From the NCBI GenBank assembly GCA_002245135.1, contig NGBS01000294.1, positions 1 through 64,000 on the forward strand: a stretch of 64,000 nt of DNA, written 5' to 3'. The notes beneath the pieces are model-generated. The model had not been told where the DNA came from, searched no databases, and saw only the letters and a program-made list of their open reading frames with translations. Positions 41,801-53,962 of this stretch are shown here, piece by piece. Position 1 is the stretch's first letter; each line of letters starts with the position of its first letter. The stretch is from Proteromonas lacertae (taxonomy: Eukaryota). The position numbers and the translations under genes were made by a program.

Positions 41801-44800
41801 AATTGCAAGAGGTATTGCATTAGGTGAAATATTATTTAAAACTTTTGAATTAACACTGACTAGAGATAATGGAAATTTCACTTATGATAATTTAAGAAAG
41901 AATATTTATGATGTTGAAACTAATACTGTCTTGGGGACTTTGGTATTTGGTGAAAATAATAATTTAAAGAATATTTTATCACTAGAAAGAGCAGAAATTG
42001 ATGAAAATGGAGAATTTGACAGTGTTGCTGTTTATCAAACTAAAATACCAATAACAAATCGTCCTTTTGGTAATATAATCCGAACAGAAACTATAAAGAG
42101 ATGTAATTTAAGGTACAGTGATACAAAAGAAGAAATAAATTACAAAAGAATTGCTTTGTTATTCTCAACAACAGGAACTATGAAAACAACTCATGCAAGA
42201 GCTATTTATAGTGCTTTAACAGCCTTAAGAGAGTTATACGATGAAGATTTGATTAATGGTGAAGTATTATTATTGAAATTAGTGAATTTTGATTCGGATG
42301 AGGCAAAATTAGAGGAAGAAATGAAAAAACTAAGAGATGATAATTCAATTGTCGCATATGTTGGTTGTACAGGTGCTGAATGTCGTTCAACTGCACAAAG
42401 TGAAGCAGAGTTAACAGGAAGATTGTTCTTTTATCCAAGATCCTCTACAGGTGAACAATGCAGCTACTATACATTCACTACATCAATTGTTCCAAATCAA
42501 TATGTGACTAGATTGATGGAATATTTAATCACCACTGATTATAATTCCTTTATTTATATAATTGGTCAAAATAGACCAACAATTATTAATTTAATGGATA
42601 TAATTGATGATGCAGCAAAGGGATTATTTACACCTCAAGGTAGATATTTAGTAGATGAAAATAATCCTATTTCTAGTTCACTAGTAAATAGTATAATCCA
42701 AGAGAAAATAAGTGAAGGTGGAATAATTTTAACTGTATTTACCACTGTAAATTATTTAGTTCAATTTTTACAATATGTTTATCGAGCTCATATAGATTAT
42801 AATAAAATAGCAATTGTTGATTGTATTACTGAAGTAGAAGATACAGACATAATACCATCAAATTATAAAGACAATTTATATAAGTTTTCTAGATATATGT
42901 ATGATGTAGATACTGAAGATAATAAGAATTTTAAAGATAAACTGTTCTTATATACAGGTGAAACTTATACCACAAGTTTAGCTGAAAGTACCTATGCTTC
43001 AATCAAATTATATGCAAAAGCAGCTAGAGATGCAAAGACATTCAATTCAACAATAGTAAAGTCAAAAGTTTACGGTAATTCAATTACTAGTGGTAGTGGT
43101 AAAGTGACTGTAGATGCATCTGGTTATGTAACATCTCCATTCTTTGTTTCAAAGTATTCTGCTAGTACAAATACATGGAGTACAGTGTATTCGAAGTATG
43201 ATACACAAACACCACAACCTTGGAGTTGGAATTTAAAATCATCTTATGGATATATGTGTAGTTTTGCTGATGGTATAATTAAAGATAAATATCAAGTACC
43301 TGTACAACGTACTGTATTAATAGCAAGTTTAACTGGTGATTTAAGTATCAATACAAAAGGATTAGTGGATGTATATCAAATGACAATTAATAAGATTAAT
43401 GACAATAATGGAGGTGTTGGTGGTTATACATTAAAAGCTGATGTTTATGATATTCAATCAAATACTGAATATTGTAAAGCAAATGTAGGAAACTATATAA
43501 AAGAGAATCAACCCTTAGTTGTATTTGCACAATTAACAGCTGAATGTTATAATTATGTAAAAGATAGTTTTGATACTATCTTATTCTTTGAATTGAATGA
43601 AAAAGAACAGAATTTCTGCAAAGAGAATGTGATGGTTTCTGTACAACATCCAACCTTCTTAGATAATATAATTGAAGTAATTAGAAGTAGATTCTATCGT
43701 GCAGTAATGATAATAGTTGATGTAGAGAATAATCAATACAATATAAATGCTGAATATATGATGAATTATATGAAGAAATACTATATTCCCTTTGGTAATT
43801 ATACATATTCATCAACTAGAGATGGAAGAAATACAAGAGAATTGTTGAATGTATTTAACACTATTTATTATGGATTATATATAAATTCAACAATTAATAA
43901 TGAAGCTAGCAATGATCAAGGATTAATTATCCATTTTGGTCCAGCAGATAGTTTTAAATTTTTAGTTGAAACTCTTCAAAGTTCAAGTGAATTATCGAAT
44001 AGTAAACATAAATTATTAGTGATGGAACATCAACATTTAATTCGTACTTTTGATTTGAATGGATTGAAAGAGTATGAAGCTTTAGAATTCTATGATTCTG
44101 ATTCAAGTGATGAATTAAATGTAAATTTCAAAAATGAAATATATCAAAGAATCCAACAAGGAACATTTGTATCTGATTTGATGATTCGTACTTACAGTTC
44201 AATCAATTTATGGTCAGAAGCAATACAAAGTTTACCAAAGAATATGATTGTTAATGATAATAAAGTAGCTGATGTATCATTGAAGAATGTAAGAGATGCA
44301 ATAATCAAAATACAATTCAATTCACCAGAAGGTTTGGTTTATTTTGCTAAAAATCAGTATTTATCTAGGATTCCTAAGTTATTTAAATATACACACAATG
44401 AAACTTCTAAATCATATATTAGAACATTAAGTTATTTTGCTTTAAATGCGATAGAACCAGAAGCTTATTCAATGCCATCTTCTTCTCAATATCGATTATG
44501 TGATTTTACTGATGATAATATATTGAATGATGGAACAGTAAGTGCTTATCAAATAGCAGTAATCTTGTCATTGACTGGCAAGAATAAAAAGAAAGAAATT
44601 CCAATCTTTGAAGCAGTTAGAACTGCAATTAAATTGATAAATAAAGAAACTGGTTATTTAATCAATAGATATATTTCGATGGATTTATTTGATGCTAAAT
44701 CTAGTGATGATAATTACCTCAGTATAACATCAGATATAATACAAGATAAACTGAACAATAATCAATATGCTTATGTATTTGCTGGTTATTTCCCAGAAAC

Positions 44801-47800
44801 ATTCGATCAATTAGCTCCATTATTTACAGAAACAACAAAATTGCTATTCTTCTTAGGAAAACCATTAGGAATGAAATGTTATTCAGATGCAATAGCAATC
44901 CATCCACACCCTTCAATGATAGTCCAATCTACAATAAGAAGACTATTAGAATTAAGTTCAAGTGCTTATTTAATCCATTCTGATGATACATATTGTAATA
45001 GAATCGCTGATTTAATGACTTTGACTATGCAAAGATTAATTATTACAGCAAATGGTAATATAATCTATAATAAGAATAGTAATCGATTATTAAATGATAT
45101 TGAAAGAGCTTTGCCGAATGGAGGATATATCATATTTGTAAGTGATATAGAAGATGATATATATGATTTCTATAAGAAGATATGTAGTTCAAAAGTAATA
45201 AAACCACCAAGTTATACAATAATCAATGTATTATTAGATGAGAATATGGTAGTAAATATCATTAGTCAAAACAGTGTAAGTTGTTTGAATGGTCATATTA
45301 TAATGGGAAGTTATTTTGAATCATTGAGTTCAAGTAACACAAATCTATTAGATACAATTCCATCCAATTCTGAGATGTTTAATATGAATTATCACATTAA
45401 TTGTGGTTCTTTATTCCCATCTACTGATATAGAATCTGCATTTGCTACTGTTGAACTATGGAAATACTTTATAAAGAAGAATAATGTATTTGGTAAAGCA
45501 GAAGGAAGTGCTGATATATATCATTATTTTATCACATTACCATCTGGTGAAAGTGATATAAGTGTAAGTAATTTTTGTAGTAGAAAGATCTACAGTGGAA
45601 CATTCAATGAAAATAGTCAAATAATCGTTAATTGGGGACCTACAGTCACATTTAAGCCTAGTGTATATAGTGAATACAATACCAGTGAAATTGGTTTAGT
45701 ATGTGATTTCAGTGATAAAAACAAAGGTGCAAGATATGATGAAAATCCAATAATTATCTCATTTATCCATGAAAAAGATTTAGGAGGAAGAACTGAAAGA
45801 TATAATGCATTAATTCAAAATATGATCATCAATAATATGAATGATTTAGGAGGAATATTAGGTAGGAAATTAGCAGCTAATCATACTTGGGTAACTATCA
45901 GTGATGCTTATAGAAATATAAGAGATATAGTTGAAGTAGGAAGATCGAAATTTTTATTTGGATGTATTACTTCTGAATGTAGAACTGAAGTAAATAGATA
46001 TTTATCGAATCATATGGATTATTTGTACTTCTTTACAGGCAGAGATGATGGAATTCAATGTAGTAATAATGTAATAACAACAGGTTTAGGAATGACAGCT
46101 AAAATTGTTACATTTGTAGAATATATTAAGACAATGCAATTGGAATATTTATATATTATAGGACCAGATAGAAATTCAAGTTATACTGAGATATATATAA
46201 TAGAAAAAGCTTTGAAATTAACATCAATGAAATTATTAGATTATAAACTCTTCTCTGCTTTCAATACAATTGATGTAGCAACTGCCATAAAAGCAATAGA
46301 AGATGAATTAAATGATGTTGATAGAATAGCAGTAGTGAATCTCTTTGTCGCTTATGAGAATAATCAATTAACACCAACATTTGTAGCTAGTACAAAATGG
46401 ACTTCAATGATTATGTTCTATATGAAATATGATCCATTAGATATTGATTCAAAGTATCGTGTTTCAATCAGTGGAAGTTATGTAATTACCTCTTATTCAA
46501 GTGTAATATCCAACACAGCGTCAGGTGCATTTCAATACTTGACAAAGAGTGAATATCAGAATGCAATTGAGTTGAATGAAATCATTGAAAGTAGTTATAG
46601 TTCAGTAAATATATTAAAATTAGCAATGGAATATTCAGCAGATTATGATAGAGAAAATGCATTACCAGGTAGTGATTATGTAAAATTGAGTTTAAAGTAT
46701 GTAAATTATGATAGTCCTTCAGGTATATTTTCAATCAAAGATAATAATCATGCAAATAAGAATATCTATATATTGAGATTATCAAGTGATAATGAAATTC
46801 AAGTCTTTCCATCTCAAGGAATGGAATATTCAATGGATAATAATATGACATATATCGATGATAAAGAAAATTGTGAATTTGCCAAGAAAATGGAAGTTTA
46901 TGATGTAGATAAAACAATGGAATATATAGTAATTGGATTTACATTATTGAATGTAATATTATGCCTTCTATTCGGTTTAATTGTATATGTCTATCGACAT
47001 AGCCGAATAATCAAAAGTGCCAGTCCTTTGTTCTTATTCTATACTTTATTATCTTTAGTAATATTGAGTTGCTGTGGTAATATTTTTACTCAATTACCAA
47101 CAGAAGAATATATCTGTGAATTACGTATTTGGTGTTTAAGTTTATCAATTGATTTTGTGTTTAGTATAATGTTTTGTAAAGCTTGGAGAATTCATCGTTT
47201 ATTTAATAATAAAGAATTACAGAGAGTGAAAGTGTCTAATACAATGTTATTGAAGATGATTGGAATGATATTAATAGTTCAAATCATTTATTTATTGTTA
47301 TGGACATTTATTGAACCATCCGAACCTAGTTTGAGATTTTCCTCAGGATTTTCAACCTATTTAAGTGATATATATCTACAAGAATGTAGTTCAAGTATTC
47401 CCTTTGTAGTAATTCAATTATTTGTGATAGTAATAATCTTTATATGGGGTGGAAAACTAGCTTGGGGAGTGAGAAAAGCTTCAGCTGAATTTAATGAATC
47501 AATGTCATTAATGTCAACCATTGGTTTAATGTTAATAATGGGTATAATATTAGTTCCATTAGATTATTTAATGGCTGATGATCCTGATACATTGGTGTTA
47601 TTGAGAAGTTTAGGAATTGAGATTGGTGTATTTGGAATAATCTTATTACAATTCTCATCAAAAGTGATTTATGTTTGGAAAGTAGAAATGAGTACAACAT
47701 TTGGATCTTCATCGTTAGGAAGTAGTGGAAATAGTAGTGGAAGTCGGTATATATATATATTTATATATTATGTATTAAAATAGAGCTAAAAGTCAAGCTT

Positions 47801-48003
47801 TAAAACGAGCTGCAGCAAGAGGAAGATTTACACTTCATCCAAAGATATTGAATTATTGTGCTATTTCCATTGCTACAATCTCTGAATCTGATAGATTTTT
47901 CGAAGAGAAGTTGAATCTTCATAGTTCAATTCGTGTTCATAACAGCAGTAGTATATCAAGACAAAATACTTCTAAAATATCAGCTCAAGATCCAGTTTTA
48001 TAG
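35867..48003 (+). CDS. Giant class C GPCR-like receptor: signal peptide, nine tandem type 1 periplasmic-binding (UrtA/AmiC-like) domains, GABA-B-like 7TM domain (about 3,900 aa)
   Basis: Signal MRLFALLILLSVISS. Nine repeats of about 390 aa, most with N..GG(V/I)xG. 7TM motifs IKSASP.F, C..R.W, K.WR..R.F, FNES. About nine short introns join the ORFs in frame; stop TAG at 48001-48003. Confidence 0.88.
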
Positions 48004-49289
48004 TTTATATATATAATGATAAATGTTTTTTTTTGATAATTAAAATATACTTTCAGATTTAATTAATATTTAGTTTAAATGATTTTATACTATATTGTTT
48101 ATAAATGGTGTTTGTTTTATGCCTGAGTTGCAGAAAGGACGTCCTTCTGCAGCCGTATCCTCCTTATACTCTTTTGTTATTTCTTTTCGTTTTTTTTAAA
48201 ATAAGAAGCAAAAATAATCATTCACTAATCAATAGATATCAATATGACGAATTGTACTCCTGCCCTACTGTACAATTAACAAAAATATATATTGTTATTC
48301 ATTTAAACTATTTATTTATATATTGTAATTGTATTTAATTATTTTCGTTCATTTTTTTATCCAAAATTATATCTAATTAATAATATTAATAATTACTTCT
48401 AGTCACGATATATTACATTTACAATAACTCAAACAAATGATGTATAACAATTATTATTGAAACAACAAATCACACAAACAAAAATAACAGAAAATAATTA
48501 TTTGAATAATGTTTTGTAGAAAGTGAAAATATACTTAAGAAATAGATTAAGTATAAAACAATTAACAACATATTACGTATTAAATTCTATTTATTTAATG
48601 AAAAAAGAAAAATGAAAAAGTCATTCAATTAGAGGAGGAGAATGAAAGTAATGGAAAGATTTCCACAAGTACAACTATAAAAACGCAAAAGAAGAATGAA
48701 GAAATAATATTAAAAGCTCAACAAAGAAGACAAGCCAAAATTAACATTCAACAATCCAAATCACCATATTAAAAGATTATATTATTATGATGGAATTATA
48801 TAGAAGCAAAAAAAATATTTAAATTACTTGTTATATTATAAAAGTGGTTTGAATATTAATCTGTTTTTTCTTTTGGACTGTCATTCCCTTGAATAAAATC
48901 ATCAATAATTTTGTTTATTTCATTGCTCATTGATGATAATTCTTCCTATTATATTCATAATAAATTAACAATACTAAATCTTCTTCATTAACAACTTTAG
49001 CTGGGCATAAATATTCAAATAATGCATTGAATATACACATATATATCAAAAATAAACTAACTATAAAACTAACAAACAGAAAAGGATGTATGTCCCACAG
49101 AGTTATAATCGATTTAATCTATTTATATATTGATAAAATATAAATCATACAATGAAAACTACTGTATCTTGAAATTCCATCTATCATATAAGCAAAGAAA
49201 TTTAGATAATGAAATTAGATTCGTTTCATTTTGATTGAAAAAATATATTCGTTATTCGTTTCATTTTTTTTATGAAATTTAACTAAGAA

Positions 49290-52200
49290 ATGGGTTGTGG
49301 AAGTAGTAAAGCTAAATTAGTTCCAATGAAAATGGAATGTAGTTTCAAAGATTTACAATCTGATATAATCGCTCCAATCTCAATCCCTCCTCCTCAAATG
49401 AAATCTCGAAGCCAGAGTGTATCATCTGTTGCTTCTTCATTTTGTTTCGTTGATCCTAAAATCCCTGATCATCCTGGTCAGTTAGTGATTGGTGAAAGTG
49501 GAACAAAAGAGATTCGAGGTTCAGTATACTACTCTATGAAATAATGCATATAATAGGAAGCTAATTTCACAATTGAATTCGCTTGTTTAAGTCTAACTGG
49601 ATATTATCCTGAAGTATACTATTTATATAGTTTATTTATTTATTAATTATAGCAATTGGACAAACATAATCAAGATAGTTATATCTGTTTAGCAGATTAT
49701 GATGAAATTAGTGATACAAATGGAAAAGATATAAATCTGGGTTTATTTGGAGTATTTGATGGTCATGGAATATATGGTGATAAATGTAGTCAATTTGCTA
49801 GTCATATATTTCCAAAGAAAATCAAACATAATCCTTCCTACAAATCAGATTTTCTTCGAGCTTATAAAGAAGCATTTATTGGAACAAATGAGAGTTTACA
49901 CAAACGAAAAGACATGAAAGGTGATAAAAATATCGATGATTCCTTTTCAGGAACAACAGCCATTTGTTTGATGTTATATGGAAGTGAAGCTTATATAGGT
50001 AATGTAGGTGATTCTCGAGCAATAGCTGGTGTAAAGAGTGAAAATGGCAAAGTAGAAGCTGTTTTATTATCTGTTGATCAAACTCCCTATAGAAACGTAT
50101 ATATATATATTCTATTTTTTATTATTATTAGGATGAATTATTACGTGTACAATTAGCAGGAGCTCAAATCTTATCTTTAGAAGAAAAAAAAAATGATCAA
50201 TCAAAAAGTACAGTGAATTGGGCCAAAGTAGTTGAAGGAAATGGAGATCCACCTCGTTTATGGGTAAAAGATGAGAATTATCCAGGAGTATGTTTTACTC
50301 GAAGTATTGGAGATTGTGAAGGTGAAAAGATAGGTGTAGTTGCAGTTCCTGAGATTCAAATACATACAATCACAGCTGATGATGAATATATAGTAATCTG
50401 TAGTGATGGAGTATTTGAATTCTTAACAAGTCAACAAGTAATTGATATTACATCCTCTAGTAAAACAGTAATGGAAGCTTGTCAAAAGTTATTAGTGGAA
50501 AGTCATAATTTATGGCTTACTAATGATGTAAGAACTGATGATATAACTGCATTGGTAATAAAAATATCAAACTATAATCAAACAGGTGAAATATCTAGTC
50601 GATCTCGACATGAGAGTGAATTAAGTCAAAACTTAAGGCCAGTCAGAGGAACACTCTATTCTTCAGTACAAAATGATAATAATAATAAAAATGGAATGGG
50701 TCCTGTACAGCCATTAACAATTGAAGAACAAAATTATCAATTACCAACAGTATATACAGGTTTACCAAGTCAAAAGAATGATATAAAAGAAGCAATCAAA
50801 TCGCAATATATATTTCGATATTTAGATGATGATACATTGAATGGTTTAGTGAATAGTGTAGTTGTGATTAATGTAATGGCGAATGAAACAATTATTAAAC
50901 AAGGAGAAAGAGGTGATCACTTTTATATTGCATTTAGTGGTGAATATTCTGTTTATATAAAAAGTAAGAAAATTCCTACAACAACAACAACAACAACAAC
51001 TCCAACAAATAATAATGAATTAATAAATAGTGATAATGATTTAAGTCATAAAATATCACCCACAAGTCCAAAAGATTCTAGTGAAAATACAACTCCAGCT
51101 CCAATAATGGAATCTCAAACTCCTAAAAATGTCGCTATTTGTGTACATAACTACAATGCTGATCATGGCGTATATCCATCCTTTGGTGAATTGGCATTAT
51201 TATATGATTCTCCAAGAATGGCAACTATTATTGCAGATTCAATGGGAGTGTTATTTGTTATTAATAGAACAGCGTTTCGATATGTTGTGTTGAATAATAA
51301 TTATAATAAAACACTTCATGTTTTAAGATCAGTGAAATTATTTCATTGTCTTACATCAATTCAGTTGAGAGATTTGTCCAAATGTTTGAATGAAATAAGT
51401 TATAAAGATGGTGAATATATAACGAAACAAGGTGAAAAATGTGAAAATTTCTATATAATTAGTCAAGGAGAAGTGAGAATAACTAAAAATATGAAAAATG
51501 GAATAGTAAAAGAAATGGAAATTACAAGAGTTAGCCAATATGGATATTTTGGTGAGCTTGGCTTGATTGAGAATATAGTAAATAAATTCAATACAGTAGC
51601 AAATGGTGAAGTGAAATTATTGAAATTAACAAAAGAAGCATTTGAAAAAGTGTTAGGATCTATGCAAGATTTATTAATTGTAGATAAAAAGAAACAAGAT
51701 GAACAAATAAGAAAACAACAAATATGGATGGATTTCAAATCTGCTAATAATATTTTAACAGTCAAAAATACAGATTTTGAATATAATTTATATAATAAAA
51801 CTTGTACTACACAATTAAGTGATTATTATATTGTGAAACATAAAGAAAGTGGTAAAGAGTTTACGTTGAGAATAATGAAAATTGGAACAATTGATGAAAA
51901 GAATTTACAAAATAGGATAATTCGTGAAAAATCAATTCTAAGTCAATATTTTATACTTAATTTAGATGAAAATCCTTTCTTTATTTGTACATTAAAATCA
52001 GTAAAATATGTGAATGTATTTTATAATTCATTAATCGTAGATGTTGTTGATAGTTTAATAATTAAAGAAAAACCAGTTTCATCTCAAATAGTCAAGTATA
52101 TAATGAGTAGTTTAGTATTATATTTTGAGAAATTTCATAACATTGATCTACTATTTAGAGGTGTAAACCCATCGTTATTGTGTTTAGATAAAGATGGAAG

Positions 52201-52732
52201 ATTGATAATAAACGAATATGTTAATTCAAAGATATGTAATGGAAGATCTTTTACTATTTGTGTTGAGAATGTATATATGTCTCCAAGAATGGTTTTAGGA
52301 CAAGGACATGATTATAGAAGTGATTTGTGGAGTTTAGGAATATTTTTATATGAATTATTAACCTTAAAGACACCATTTAATAGAAAGAATAATGAAAGTG
52401 ATTTAGGAATATTTCATAACATATTAAAGCATGAAAAAGATTTGAAGAAGGTGGATGGTATAAATGATAAGGAAATGAGTTTAATTAATAAATTTTTGAA
52501 GAGAAATCCTTCTGAAAGGATTGGAGCAGGTAGTGATGGTATTAAGAATTTGAAAAACGATAAGTACTTTGAAGATGTTGATTTTGATAAATTAATGAAT
52601 GGCAGTTTAGAATCACCTTTGAAAGATTATTGTAATAAGTTGTATGAAAAATGTATAGGAGGAGGGAAAACTGATGATATGCTTGAAATGAATGATTATG
52701 AAGGAAATAGTCCTTGGGTTGTACAATTTTAG
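49290..52732 (+). CDS. PP2C phosphatase, two cyclic-nucleotide-binding domains and an AGC-like pseudokinase; N-acylation signal
   Basis: MGCGSS; VFDGHG, NVGDSR, TRSIGD, SDGVFE, DDIT; FGELAL and FGELGL; DLWSLG. Three short introns. Confidence 0.92.
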
Positions 52733-53005
52733 TTTATTTATATATAATTATAATAAATATATAATAATAAACACATAATAATAATTCTTAGAAAAGATTT
52801 TTAAAATTTAGTCTTAATTGTGTTTTTCTTTGTCATTTTACTAAAAATTCAATTTCTATAATAATAATGAATTGATTAATTAATTCTCTTTAATTGGTGT
52901 TACTGTATTTAATAGAATAATTATTGGTTATTGAAAAGTGAACGAAAATAAACCCAAATATTTAAAATTTCTTTTTATTGATTTTGTGCTAGTTAAAATA
53001 ACATA

Positions 53006-53785
53006 ATGAAACAACAGAATTGGATAAATTGGTTTTTAAGTTTGGAAGGCAACAATATTTTTTGTGAGATCAATGAAAGTTATATTGGTATCTGTTTATT
53101 ATTATAATAAATATGAGTAGTAGATGCATTTAATTTATATGGTTTAAAATCTGAAGTAGTGGATTATAAAAAAGCACTTAACTCCGTTTTAAGTAATTCA
53201 AGTATAATATGAAGATTATAATATATTCATGTAATTAATGTAGGTGCAAATAGTAACTTCGAATTGAGACCAGGTCTTGAATTGTATGGATTAGTTCATA
53301 GTCGTTATATTCTTTGTGAAGATGGTTTAAAACAGATGGTATAATAAATATATATAATAATTAGTGTGAAAAATATGTTCGTAGAGAATTTGGAGTATGT
53401 CCTCGTTGTAGTTGTGAAAATCAATCTTGTTTACCTGTATATAATGAATATATACATTATAAATGCTAATAGATTGGCTTAAGTGATAGAGTAGGAATTG
53501 AAGAAGTTAAAATATATTGTCCTTGTTGTAAAGAAATATATAATCCTCCAAGATCTGTAATGAGAAGAAATATCATTTTTAATTAATCATTATAAGATAG
53601 TTGTAACTTTAATTATGATTGTAGGAATTGATGGTGCATATTTTGGTAGTTCTTTTCCTCATGTTTTTCTTATGAAATATCCAGAATTTGTATTGAATAT
53701 TCCAACTCACAAATTTGAGCCAAAAATAAATGGATTTAAGATAAATAGAAATAGTAAGTATTTCAAATATGAGAATTTAGTATAA
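53006..53785 (+). CDS. CSNK2B: Casein kinase II regulatory beta subunit (multi-exon; absent from ORF track)
   Basis: Spliced: WINWF...FCEI...FNLYGL, LYGLVHSRYIL, FGVCPRCSC, IYCPCCKEIY, IDGAYFGSSFPH, PKINGFKI. Confidence 0.9.
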
Positions 53786-53962
53786 TTAATAATTATTATA
53801 GATAATTTAGAATAAAGTTTTAAAAACAATAAGAAAAATAAAGTGAATGAATAATAATTGTGTATTTTTGTTGTTAATTTTATTTCTTTTTCTTTTAAAA
53901 ATAACAAAAAACAACTAATAAAATTCATTAAATAATTAAATAAAACTAATTCACATAAAACT

